Part shown: in pieces, positions 19,889-29,226 of the stretch
Position numbering within the stretch: the first letter of the stretch is position 1
Layout: the number at the start of each line of letters is the position of its first letter
NCBI GenBank assembly: GCA_037190965.1
Contig: JBBCKI010000068.1
Span: 42,739 to 106,738, forward strand
Reading direction: 5' to 3'
Length of the DNA: 64,000 bases
Source: Chthoniobacteraceae bacterium
GTDB taxonomy: Bacteria > Verrucomicrobiota > Verrucomicrobiia > Chthoniobacterales > Chthoniobacteraceae
Translations under genes and position numbers: made by a program
The notes under the pieces: model-generated
The model's input: the letters and a program-made list of their open reading frames with translations, nothing else
Told to the model about the DNA's origin: nothing
Database searches by the model: none

Positions 19889-21259
19889 ATCGAAAATTTT
19901 GCCGGGGTTGAGGATCGCGTCCGGGTCGAGCGTCTTCTTGAGCTGCTTGATAAGGTTCAGGCTGGCGTTGCCGATGGCGCCCGGCAGGAAGCTCTTCTTT
20001 GCAAGCCCCACGCCGTGCTCTCCGGTGATCGTGCCGCCCAGTTCCACGGCGAAATCGAAAATCTCCTTCATCGCTTTTTCCACCCGATGCATCTCCTCGG
20101 TGTTCCGCTCGTCCGTCAGGAAGGTCGGGTGAAGGTTACCATCGCCCATGTGGCCGAAAGTGCCAACCCGCAGGTTGTAACGCTCCGCGACACCCTGGAT
20201 GAAGTTGACCATGCGGGCGAGTTCGCTGCGCGGCACCGTCGCGTCTTCGAGAATCGTCGTGGGAGCCACGCGGGCCAGCGCGGAGAACGCCGAGCGGCGT
20301 GCGGAGGCGAGCTTCGTCGCCTCGTCGGCCGTCTGCGCGATTTGCACGGTGGTGGCTCCGCAGCGGCGGGCGACCTCTTCCATTTTTGCGGCTTCGTCGG
20401 CCACCACGGCGGGATGCCCGTCGGTCTCCATCAGCAGGATCGCCTCGGCGTCCAGCGGTAAGCCGATGTGCGCGAAGTCTTCCACGCAACGGATCGTGAT
20501 CTTGTCGAGAAACTCCATCGTGCATGGGATGATCTTCTCCGCGATGATGGCGGAGACCGTCTCCGCCGCGGCGTCCATCCGGGAGAAGGTGGCGAGCATC
20601 GTCTTCTTGGTCTGCGGCTTGGGCACGAGCTTGAGCAGGATCTTCGTGATGATCCCGAGCGTCCCTTCGCTGCCGACGAAGACATCTTTCATCGAATACC
20701 CGGCCACGTCCTTCACGCACTTGTTGCCGAGCCAGATCACTTCGCCGGTCGCCATGACGACTTCCAGCCCCATCACGTAGTCGCGGGTGATGCCATACTT
20801 GAGCCCGCGCAGGCCGCCGGAGTTCTCCGCGACGTTGCCGCCGATGGTCGAGATTTTCATCGAGCCCGGGTCCGGCGGATAGAGCAGGCCGGCTCCGTCG
20901 GCCAATTCGGCCACCGTGATCGTCGTCACTCCCGGTTCCACGAGGATCGTGAGATTCTTCTGATCGAGCTCCAGCACCTGGTTCATCTTCGTGAGGCAGA
21001 GGACGATGCTGCCCGCCTGCGGGATGCTGCCACCGCTCAGGCCGGTGCCCGAGCCGCGTGTCACCACCGGTGTCTTACGAGCGGCGGCGTATTTGATGAT
21101 GCGGGCGACTTCCTCCGTCGTCTGGGGAAAGGCGACGCAGGAGGCCACGCCGGAGATCGCGGCGGTGCCGTCGAACCCGTAGACGGCCAGGTGCTCCGGC
21201 TCAAAAAGGACCCTCTCCCGGCCGAGGATTTCAATCAGATCGGTGACAAGCTTATCCAT
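19886..21259 (-). CDS. glcD: FAD-linked glycolate/D-lactate oxidase subunit GlcD
   Basis: RGSGTGLSGG, PDPGS, GSEGTLG, HMGDGNLHP, GEHGVG and LNPGK motifs. Confidence 0.93.
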   Translation of the reverse strand: MDKLVTDLIEILGRERVLFEPEHLAVYGFDGTAAISGVASCVAFPQTTEEVARIIKYAAARKTPVVTRGSGTGLSGGSIPQAGSIVLCLTKMNQVLELDQKNLTILVEPGVTTITVAELADGAGLLYPPDPGSMKISTIGGNVAENSGGLRGLKYGITRDYVMGLEVVMATGEVIWLGNKCVKDVAGYSMKDVFVGSEGTLGIITKILLKLVPKPQTKKTMLATFSRMDAAAETVSAIIAEKIIPCTMEFLDKITIRCVEDFAHIGLPLDAEAILLMETDGHPAVVADEAAKMEEVARRCGATTVQIAQTADEATKLASARRSAFSALARVAPTTILEDATVPRSELARMVNFIQGVAERYNLRVGTFGHMGDGNLHPTFLTDERNTEEMHRVEKAMKEIFDFAVELGGTITGEHGVGLAKKSFLPGAIGNASLNLIKQLKKTLDPDAILNPGKIFD

Positions 21260-21414
21260 GATAACGTGAGGAGGACGATGTGGGGGGTAGGAAGGAGAAT
21301 GAAGGACTTTTTATGATCGTCTTCAATCGTAAAACTTTGAAGTTAACCGGTGTGGGCTGCAATCGTGAAATTCACCATGGACTAGATTCTTATGGCAAGT
21401 AATCTCGAAAATGC

Positions 21415-22152
21415 ATGAGCACGCATCTTTCCCACATTTCCCAAAAATCGATCCCGACCCGTGAGCGTTTGATCTTTGCGCTCGATGTCGAAAACGCCGC
21501 CGACGCTAAAGCATTGGTCGAAAAGCTGGGGGATTCGGTGCTCTTCTACAAGGTCGGCCTTGAGCTTTTTATGGCGGGTGGCTACTACGAGTTGATCGAT
21601 TGGCTGGCCGAGAAGGGGAAGAAAATTTTCGTCGACCTCAAGTTTTTCGACGTCCCTGAGACCGTCAAACGTGCCGTCGCTGCCTTGAAGGGCCGTCCGG
21701 TGGAGTTCGCCACCGTGCACGGCAACCAGGGAATCATGGAAGCCGCCGTCGCGGCCGACAGCGGGGTGAAGATCCTCGCCGTCACCGTGCTCACCAGCCT
21801 CGACCGGGGCGATCTGGCCGACCTCGGCTTTGACTGCGACACCCCGGAATTGGTGCTCTCCCGTGCCCGCCGCGCGTTGGAAGCCGGTTGCGCCGGAGTG
21901 ATTTCCTCCGGACTGGAAGCCGCTCGCTTGCGCGAGAACATCGACAACCGGCTCCTCATTATCTCCCCCGGCATTCGCCCCGTGGACAACGCCACGACCG
22001 ACGACCAGAAACGGATCGTCACGCCGCGCGCGGCCTTTGAGGCCGGGGCCGACTACATCGTCGTCGGGCGGCCGATCCGCAACGCCGCAGATCCCCGCGA
22101 GAAGGCGGAGGAGATCCAGGCGGAGATTGCGAGTGTTTTTGCGGTAGAGTAA
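21415..22152 (+). CDS. pyrF: Orotidine-5'-phosphate decarboxylase
   Basis: ALD, DLKFFDVPETV, VTVLTS, PGIRP and VVGRPI motifs. Confidence 0.96.
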   Translation: MSTHLSHISQKSIPTRERLIFALDVENAADAKALVEKLGDSVLFYKVGLELFMAGGYYELIDWLAEKGKKIFVDLKFFDVPETVKRAVAALKGRPVEFATVHGNQGIMEAAVAADSGVKILAVTVLTSLDRGDLADLGFDCDTPELVLSRARRALEAGCAGVISSGLEAARLRENIDNRLLIISPGIRPVDNATTDDQKRIVTPRAAFEAGADYIVVGRPIRNAADPREKAEEIQAEIASVFAVE

Positions 22153-22177
22153 GCCTAAAAACGGCAATGGGAGGGGC

Positions 22178-22600
22178 CTAGTCCTCTCCCTCTTCCGCTT
22201 CTTTCGGGAAATCGTAAGGTTTTGTGTTCTTGGGACCGATCTTCACGGTCACGGCTTCCAGCTCGCCGGTATCGCGTTTGCGCGTGGAGCCGCGAATTTC
22301 GACGCCGGGCTTGAGATCGGTAACGTTGGCGGGAGAGCCGTCGCTTTTTAGAAAACGGGTCGTCTCCATGACATAGACGAGACGCACCTTTTTCTTGCCC
22401 ATGCGGAAGTTCTTCCCCTCGGGATCGACGGAAAAGACAACGCTCTTGAAGGGCACCGCGCGCCCCAGCTTGGGCCGGGTGACGATGTCCTCGTTGGTCG
22501 TCTCGCTGGATGCCGCGGAAGACTCAGCGGCAGCGGGAAGGTGGCTCAAAGGCAGCAGCGCCAGGGCCAGAAGCACGGCAACGGTGGAGAAAGCCTTCAT
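22178..22600 (-). CDS. Hypothetical secreted protein (OB-fold/DUF5666-like)
   Basis: Signal peptide; beta-rich TTRF....DLKPG.EI pattern. Confidence 0.7.
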   Translation of the reverse strand: MKAFSTVAVLLALALLPLSHLPAAAESSAASSETTNEDIVTRPKLGRAVPFKSVVFSVDPEGKNFRMGKKKVRLVYVMETTRFLKSDGSPANVTDLKPGVEIRGSTRKRDTGELEAVTVKIGPKNTKPYDFPKEAEEGED

Positions 22601-22675
22601 GGGTGGACTCTGTCCTACGCGGTAAGCGTCAATACGTCAATGCGTGAGGGTATTGTCCGGTTTGGAGGACGGCAA

Positions 22676-22846
22676 GGTAGACCGCTCGCGCCGCGAGCGC
22701 GGGATGGATTTACAAATCGGGTTTGGCATCCATCCCCGCAGGACGGACCAGGACGGTCTGTTGATGTTGGGATGTGGTCTTCATGATGACACGGGAGCCG
22801 ATATCCGCGCTCGGCGGCGCGAGCGGGCTACCGGTGCTGCCGCACC
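22676..22846 (+). repeat. REPIN-like element family F, copy 2
   Basis: ggtagaccgctcgcgccgcgagcgcggg...catccccgcaggacgg...gcgcgagcgggctacc-ggtgctgccgcacc. Confidence 0.9.
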
Positions 22847-22863
22847 TTTTTTATTGAGGGACC

Positions 22864-24558
22864 TTACATCTTCTCCGGCGTGGAGATTCCTAGCAGACCC
22901 AATCCTTGCCTGAGTACCCGCGCGCTCAAATCGCAGAGCGCCAGCCGCGAATCGCGGACGGCTCCTTCGCTCTTGAGGACCGGGCACGCTTCGTAGAAGG
23001 CGTGGAAGGTGTTGGCAAGCTCGTAGAGGTAGTTGGCCAGCAGGTTGGGGCGGAAGTCTTCCAACGTCTGCGGGACGACCTCGCCGAACTGCATCAGTTT
23101 CTTGGAAAGCGTGAATTCCGCCGGATCGGTGAAAGTCAGCGATGCCGGGAGCGTGAATGCCGCGTCGAGCTTGCGGAAGATGGAGCGGATCCTGACGTAG
23201 GCGTTTTGCAGGTAAGGGGCGGTGTTCCCCTGGAAGGAGAGCATCTTGTCCCATGAGAAAACGTAGTCGGTCATGCGGAATTGGGAGAGCTCCGCGTATT
23301 TCACCGCGCCGATGCCGATGGTGCGCGCGATGGCGGCCTTTTCCTCGGGCGGCAGGCCGGGGTTCTTCTCCTCCACGATGCGGAGGGCGCGTTGCTGCGC
23401 CTCTTCGAGCACGTCGCGAAGCTGCACGTTCTCGCCCGAGCGCGTTTTCATCAGTTTGCGGTCTTCGCCAAGAATGCTGCCGAAGGCGACATGCTTGAGT
23501 TCGCTGGTGATCCCCATTTTGTGGGCGACGGAGAAAACCTGCTCGAAGTGCAATGCCTGCGGAGCGCCGACGACATACCAGATCGCGTCGGGATGCCACC
23601 GTTCCACGCGGTATTCCAGCGTGGCGAGATCGGTGGTGGCGTAGAGAAAGCCGCCGTCGCTCTTGCGGATGAGGCATGGCTTGTCCGCGAGCGCCGGGTT
23701 GTCGCGGAAGAAGATGCAGACGGCTCCTTCGCTGACTTCCGCCGTGCCGCCGGCAAGAAGGTGGTCGACCAGCGGGGCAAGCCGGTCGTTGTAAAAACTT
23801 TCGCCCAGATGTTCGTCGAAGTGGATATCGAGCAGCCCGTACATCGCCTCGAACTCTTTCCATGAGAGCGCCACCGTCTGTTTCCAGATCTCGAGATTTT
23901 CGGCGTCCCCTCCCTGAAGCTTCACCAGTTCTTCGCGGCAGGCGGTGAGGATGGCGGGGTCGCTGTCGGCCAGGGCGTTGGCCTCTTTGTAAAGGCGCAC
24001 GAGTTCCTTGATCGGGCTCGCCGCCAGCGCCGCGTCGTCGCGGAAATGCTTCCAGCCGTAGATGACCTTGCCGAACTGCGTCCCCCAGTCACCGACATGG
24101 TTGTCGGTGATGACGTTGTGGCCGAGGAACCGGGCGATGCGGGTCAACGTATCGCCGAGAATGGTGCTGCGGATGTGGCCGACATGCATTGGCTTGGCGA
24201 CGTTGGGCGAACTGAAATCGAGGATGATCGTCCGTTTCGGCTCCGCTTCCGGCACGCCGAGGCGCGTTCCTTCCATGAGCGAGCGGGTGTGCCGCTCCAC
24301 AAAATCGGGCCGCAGGCGGAAATTGATGAACCCGGCTCCCGCGATCTCCGGCGTATCGCAAAGATCCTCCACGCGGAGCGCTTCGATGATCTGAGCGGCG
24401 ATCTGGCGCGGGTTGGCCCGCTGCGCCTTTGCCAGCAGCATGGCAGCGTTGGTCTGGTAATCGCCAAAGCGGGCGTCGTTGGTGGAGGAAACCAGGGCGG
24501 TGGCTCCTGCTGGTACGGCGTCACGCAAGCGGGATTCGAGAAGAGTCTGGATCGTCAT
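22864..24558 (-). CDS. argS: Arginine--tRNA ligase
   Basis: DFSSPNVAKPMHVGHIRS, GDWGTQFG, KTRSG and GNTAPYLQ motifs. Confidence 0.97.
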   Translation of the reverse strand: MTIQTLLESRLRDAVPAGATALVSSTNDARFGDYQTNAAMLLAKAQRANPRQIAAQIIEALRVEDLCDTPEIAGAGFINFRLRPDFVERHTRSLMEGTRLGVPEAEPKRTIILDFSSPNVAKPMHVGHIRSTILGDTLTRIARFLGHNVITDNHVGDWGTQFGKVIYGWKHFRDDAALAASPIKELVRLYKEANALADSDPAILTACREELVKLQGGDAENLEIWKQTVALSWKEFEAMYGLLDIHFDEHLGESFYNDRLAPLVDHLLAGGTAEVSEGAVCIFFRDNPALADKPCLIRKSDGGFLYATTDLATLEYRVERWHPDAIWYVVGAPQALHFEQVFSVAHKMGITSELKHVAFGSILGEDRKLMKTRSGENVQLRDVLEEAQQRALRIVEEKNPGLPPEEKAAIARTIGIGAVKYAELSQFRMTDYVFSWDKMLSFQGNTAPYLQNAYVRIRSIFRKLDAAFTLPASLTFTDPAEFTLSKKLMQFGEVVPQTLEDFRPNLLANYLYELANTFHAFYEACPVLKSEGAVRDSRLALCDLSARVLRQGLGLLGISTPEKM

Positions 24559-24647
24559 GGAAGAAAAGCGAACTGGAGAACCCCCCCGGGCGGGTCGCTC
24601 CTCTTCAACGTTCCAGAGGGGCGGCCTGGGGGTCGGAGGAAGGCGAC

Positions 24648-25118
24648 TTAAGCGCGGGCGGAGGGCGAGGCCTCAAAGATGCTCAGGATCTCCGGGGCAT
24701 TTTGGGCGGTTGCCAGCCGTTCGCGGACCGTGCGGTCGTTGAGGAACTTGGCGATGGCGGCCAGCGTGCGGAGATGGGTCTGAAATTGGTCCTTGGGAAC
24801 GATGAAAAGGACGATGAACTTGACCGGGAGATTGTCGAGCGAATCGAACTCGATCCCAGCCTCCGAGCGGCCAAAGGCGGCGACGACCTGGGAGACGCGG
24901 TCCGAGGAGGCGTGCGGGATGGCGATACCGAACCCGATGCCGGTGCTCATGGTTTCCTCGCGAGCGCGCAGGGCGGCAAGGACGACGTCGCGGTCACCGG
25001 GGTTGATCTTGCCGAGCCTGACAAGAAGGTCGACCAGTTCCACAATGGCGGACCACCGCTCGGTCGCCTTCATTTCCGGAATAATCTGATCAACTGATAG
25101 TAGATGCCCCAACGTCAT
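24648..25118 (-). CDS. ptsN: PTS IIA (Ntr/fructose-type) domain protein
   Basis: RE..MSTGIGFGIAIPHA and F.SLD..PV motifs. The ORF-track 5' extension runs into a MITE, so ATG 25118 was used. Confidence 0.85.
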   Translation of the reverse strand: MTLGHLLSVDQIIPEMKATERWSAIVELVDLLVRLGKINPGDRDVVLAALRAREETMSTGIGFGIAIPHASSDRVSQVVAAFGRSEAGIEFDSLDNLPVKFIVLFIVPKDQFQTHLRTLAAIAKFLNDRTVRERLATAQNAPEILSIFEASPSARA

Positions 25119-25199
25119 GGTTCCTGTCGAAAGGACTGCGACTGTAGGCAGTGCATTGCCCCAACGCAAGAGACTTTTCCCCGGCGTTTCAAACCGGGT

Positions 25200-25364
25200 T
25201 AGGTTGTATTTACGAATTTGCTGAGGAGCGGCTAAAAGGCGCTTTTTGGCCAAAAATCCAGCTCCTCAGGGGTCCGAATCTCGATTCGGCCCTCTTCGAT
25301 CGCCGCATTTTTGACTCAAAAATCGTTCTTTTATCCATCTCTCTCAATTCGCAAACACAACCTG
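25200..25364. mobile_element. MITE family B, copy 2
   Basis: TAggttgtatttacgaatt...aattcgcaaacacaacc; shares ggctaaaag, tttttggcc and ctcaaaaatcg.tcttttatccatct with copy 1. Confidence 0.85.
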
Positions 25365-25415
25365 GAGCGCGATTCCATTGTCGCCAAGCGATTTGCCGGT
25401 GCTATAACAACGCGC

Positions 25416-26876
25416 ATGAAGATTCTGATGGTGGGCACGGAGATGGCGCCGCTCGCGCGTACCGGCGGGCTTGGCGACGTTCTGGAGGCGTTGCCTGCGG
25501 AACTGCAACGGCGCGGGCATGAAGTGAGCGTCGTTCTGCCGCTCTACCGGAGCATCCGCGAAGACCCTTCGGTCACTCTCCGTAGCACGGGAGTGGAGGT
25601 CACCGTGAATGTCGGTGCCAAGCGGATGGACGCGGCGATTTACGAGACGACCGCCCCGAACGGGGTGCAGGTATTTTTTGTCCGCCGGGATGAATATTTC
25701 GACCGTTCAGGCATTTACGGAGACGACAGCGGGCGCAGCTATGATGACAACGCGGAGCGGTTTATTTATTTCTCCCGGGCCTCGGTCGAACTGGCCTGTC
25801 ATATCACCCCGGCTCCCGATGTCATCCACGCGCACGATTGGCAGGCCGCGCTTGCGCCGGTGTTCGTGAAGGAGCGCGGGCTCCCGTTCGGGACGGTGCT
25901 CACGATCCATAATCTCGCTTATCAGGGAAGTTTTTGGGGGATTGATTTCGGGCTCACGAACCTGCCCGGGCACTACTTCAGCGAGCATGGGCTGGAATTT
26001 CACGGGCAACTCAATTTTCTCAAGGGGGGCATCCTGGCTTCCGATGCCGTGACCACCGTGAGCGAGCGGTACGCGCGCGACATCCAGACGCCGGAGTTCG
26101 GGTGCGGGCTCGACGGGGTTCTGCGGGCGCACGCGTCCAAGATCGTCGGGATTCTCAACGGGGCCGATTACACGGTGTGGAACCCGGCGACCGACAAGTC
26201 GATCGCGGCGCATTACTCCCCGCAATCGCTCGCGGGAAAGCGCGCCTGCCGCGACGCGCTGCTTGGGGAAATGGGGCTTCAGCCCAACCCTCGCGGGCCT
26301 GTTTTTGCCATGGTGAGCCGGCTGGCGGATCAGAAGGGGATCGATCTGCTCGCCCCCGTGCTCGACCGCTTGCTCGCCGATGATGTGCGGCTGGTCATTC
26401 TCGGCGAAGGGGAGACCCGGTTTGAACGAGAGCTTCTCGTCGCCTCCCGTCGTTATCCCGGGAAGTTTGCCTTCCGGCAGGGATTCGACGATGCCCTGGC
26501 TCATCGCATTGACGCCGGGGCCGACGTGGTGCTCATCCCGTCGCATTTCGAACCGTGCGGCCTGACGGCGATGTACGCGCTCAAGTATGGCGCGATCCCG
26601 GTCGTGCGCGCTTCGGGCGGGCTTCACCAGATCGTGCGGGATGATGACCCCGTCTCGAATGGCGGCGGTAACGGCTTCGTTTTCTACGAGGAGAGCGCCG
26701 AGGCATTCTGGGACGCTATTGGAAGGGCCAAGAAGCTTTTCGCCAATCGCGAAGCGTGGGCGGCGCTGACTGCTCGCGCCATGGAGGCCAATTTTTCCTG
26801 GCCCGTCGCCGCCGGGCGTTACGAACAGGTTTACGAGAGTGTCACCCGTCACCTGCCGCTTCCTGTTCCGAAGTAA
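25416..26876 (+). CDS. glgA: Glycogen synthase
   Basis: RTGGLGDV, HAHDWQ, TIHNLAYQG and SHFEPCGL motifs. Confidence 0.96.
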   Translation: MKILMVGTEMAPLARTGGLGDVLEALPAELQRRGHEVSVVLPLYRSIREDPSVTLRSTGVEVTVNVGAKRMDAAIYETTAPNGVQVFFVRRDEYFDRSGIYGDDSGRSYDDNAERFIYFSRASVELACHITPAPDVIHAHDWQAALAPVFVKERGLPFGTVLTIHNLAYQGSFWGIDFGLTNLPGHYFSEHGLEFHGQLNFLKGGILASDAVTTVSERYARDIQTPEFGCGLDGVLRAHASKIVGILNGADYTVWNPATDKSIAAHYSPQSLAGKRACRDALLGEMGLQPNPRGPVFAMVSRLADQKGIDLLAPVLDRLLADDVRLVILGEGETRFERELLVASRRYPGKFAFRQGFDDALAHRIDAGADVVLIPSHFEPCGLTAMYALKYGAIPVVRASGGLHQIVRDDDPVSNGGGNGFVFYEESAEAFWDAIGRAKKLFANREAWAALTARAMEANFSWPVAAGRYEQVYESVTRHLPLPVPK

Positions 26877-26888
26877 GACTGTCCGCCG

Positions 26889-28208
26889 ATGTTGCCCGAA
26901 ATTCGTACCCCCATCCCCGGACCTCGTTCCCGCGAGGCGGCGGAGATTTTGCGCCGGTTCGAGTCGCGCAATGTGACGTATCTCGACGCGGACTTTCCCA
27001 TCTTCTGGCAGCGCGCGGAGGGAACCAACGTCTGGGATGCCGACGGCAACCGCTTTCTCGACTGGACCTCGGCGTTTGGAGTGGCGGGGCTCGGGCATAC
27101 GAACCCGGGCGTTCGCAACGCGCTCATCGAGCAATCCGGGAATCTCTTCCACGCGATGGGCGATGTGCATCCCGCACTGCGTAAGGCGGAATTGTGCGCC
27201 CGGTTGAGCGCGCTGACGTTCGAGCGCTGGGGAGCCGGCGAGGGGAAGGTAATTTTGGGCAATTCCGGGTTCGAGGCGGTGGAGGCCGCGCTCAAGACGG
27301 CGTTGCTTCGCACGGGGAAATCGGGGGTGATCGCTTTTGAAGGCGGCTACCACGGGCTCGGCTACGGGGCGCTCGAGGTGGTGGGCCTCCCGTATTTCCA
27401 GGACCCGTTTCGGGCGCAATTGGCGCAATTCGGCGCGGTCCTTCCGTTTCCATCCAGCGAGGATGATTTGCAGAGAATGGAGGAGGGGATTAAGGCAGCC
27501 CTTGCGGAGAGGGAAATCGGGGCCATTCTTGCGGAACCGATCCAGGGGAGGGGAGGTGAGAGAGTGCCTCCAACCAATTTTCTCCGGAAGCTGCGCGAAC
27601 TCTGCGACCGCCACGGGCTGCTTCTTATTCTGGATGAGATTTATACCGGCTTTAACCGCACCGGGGAGCTCTTTGCCTGCGAACGTGTTGGGGTGGTTCC
27701 CGATGTGATTTGCCTCGGCAAGGCGTTGACCTCCGGGTTTCCGCTATCCGCCTGCGTCGGGCGGGCCGATATTATGGATGCCTGGCCGCTCTCGGGAGGG
27801 GAAGCGTTGCATACCAGCACTTTTCTTGGAAACCCGCTCGGGTGTGCGATGGCGCTTGCCTCCCTGCATGAGCACGAAAAGCCGGAGACGGCGGCCAGGG
27901 TGAGGGAGCGGGGAGCACGCCTCAAGCAGGTGTTGGAGGAGATCCGTTCGCCTCATATCGAGGAGGTCCGTGGCGAGGGACTGCTGGTCGGGATGGAATT
28001 GCGTCTCGACGGAGGAGCCGTCAACGACTTGGTCAAGCGCGCTCTTCGCGACGGCTTGATTCTTCTGCAGAGCGGACCCGCGGGGAACGTGCTTGCTTTC
28101 ACGCCCCCGTTTGCCATCAGCGACGAGGAGATCGGGTTTACCGCCGGGCGGATTCAGGGATACTTGGGAACCCCGGCCTCGGTGGGTCTCGCAGGGTCGG
28201 TTTCATAA
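26889..28208 (+). CDS. Class III PLP aminotransferase (GabT/ArgD-like)
   Basis: DADGNRFLD, EPIQGRGG, DEIYTGFNRTG and GKALTSG motifs. Confidence 0.92.
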   Translation: MLPEIRTPIPGPRSREAAEILRRFESRNVTYLDADFPIFWQRAEGTNVWDADGNRFLDWTSAFGVAGLGHTNPGVRNALIEQSGNLFHAMGDVHPALRKAELCARLSALTFERWGAGEGKVILGNSGFEAVEAALKTALLRTGKSGVIAFEGGYHGLGYGALEVVGLPYFQDPFRAQLAQFGAVLPFPSSEDDLQRMEEGIKAALAEREIGAILAEPIQGRGGERVPPTNFLRKLRELCDRHGLLLILDEIYTGFNRTGELFACERVGVVPDVICLGKALTSGFPLSACVGRADIMDAWPLSGGEALHTSTFLGNPLGCAMALASLHEHEKPETAARVRERGARLKQVLEEIRSPHIEEVRGEGLLVGMELRLDGGAVNDLVKRALRDGLILLQSGPAGNVLAFTPPFAISDEEIGFTAGRIQGYLGTPASVGLAGSVS

Positions 28209-28486
28209 TTGAGAACGACCTGTTGCACCGTGTTCGGTTTGAGTACCTCTTCCATGTACTTGATGTAGTGGGCGTCGTCCTTGTAAGCAGCGAGTTTAGC
28301 CATCGATTCGACGTCGACAGCGACAAAAAACCCCCACTGATCGCCAGAAGAGACATTTCTCCCGCATCTTACCGAGAGGGCCTTGTCGATTTTGAGGAGG
28401 CTGGTGCGGGTTCGGCGCATCATCTCCTCCAGTTTCTGAGGAGAGACTCCGGGCTTTAGCTTACAGAGCACGATGTGATGAACCAT
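28154..28486 (-). CDS. Dabb (stress-responsive A/B barrel) protein
   Basis: MVHHIVLCKLK...LAAYKDDAHY pattern. Confidence 0.85.
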   Translation of the reverse strand: MVHHIVLCKLKPGVSPQKLEEMMRRTRTSLLKIDKALSVRCGRNVSSGDQWGFFVAVDVESMAKLAAYKDDAHYIKYMEEVLKPNTVQQVVLNYETDPARPTEAGVPKYP

Positions 28487-28530
28487 GGTTGGCGAATACC
28501 GAAATACCGAATAGGGGAATCGGTACAAGA

Positions 28531-28546
28531 AACAATTCGCGTGCCA
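28531..28546 (-). promoter_or_regulatory. Possible sigma-54 (-24/-12) promoter for the Dabb gene
   Basis: Minus strand TGGCACGcgaaTTGT, one mismatch to TGGCACG-N4-TTGC, ~45 bp upstream of the ATG. Confidence 0.4.
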
Positions 28547-28646
28547 GGGCGAGCCCGGGCGGTAGATCCGGAGCGGTTTTGCTGAATTCCCAACTCCGGA
28601 CGAGGCTGCTAAGTCAGCGCACCTGGACCGATCCTTCTTCCCAGCC

Positions 28647-29216
28647 TTACCAGAGGCTCTGGAGTACTTCGATCTGGTCCCCCGGTTGAACGGGGAAATC
28701 CTTCGAGGGATCTTCTGAGATCTTGCGGATATCGATGATGGTCAGCTTTCCATCCCTCGAAAGGCGAACCTTCTTGCCCGCAAATTCGCTGAGCCCCCCT
28801 GCGGCGTTGATGGCGGACATGAACGTCAGATCGGGCGTGTAAACCACGCGCATGGGGGTTTTGACCGCCCCCCTGACGTTGACGAACCGGGCATTGTTCG
28901 AGACGAGCACGGCAACCGTCGGGTGGGTATAGATTTTATCGGCCTTGAGCTTTTGCTCGATGGCGGTCTGTAACTGGTTGGCTAGCAACCCTTTGCCTTT
29001 GATCAGGCCGATGTAGGGGAGATTCAACATCCCCGCGTCGTCGATGGTATAGGGAGCCGAGAATTGCCCAACTTCCTCCGGGGGAACTCCGGAAAGCCGG
29101 ATGTCGACGGTATCTCCGACCCGCAGCGCGCTTTGAGCGAAGGCGGTCGTGCCGAAGCCAAGCCCCAGGAATCCCACCAGGGCCAAAGTCAAGAGTGATG
29201 CAGGTAAACGTTTCAT
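28647..29216 (-). CDS. Polysaccharide export protein (Wza-like, Poly_export + SLBB)
   Basis: Signal peptide; LRVGD, G.LNLPYIG, V.GAVK.P, AI.AAGG and PGD.I motifs. Confidence 0.9.
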   Translation of the reverse strand: MKRLPASLLTLALVGFLGLGFGTTAFAQSALRVGDTVDIRLSGVPPEEVGQFSAPYTIDDAGMLNLPYIGLIKGKGLLANQLQTAIEQKLKADKIYTHPTVAVLVSNNARFVNVRGAVKTPMRVVYTPDLTFMSAINAAGGLSEFAGKKVRLSRDGKLTIIDIRKISEDPSKDFPVQPGDQIEVLQSLW

Positions 29217-29226
29217 CTCAAATTCT

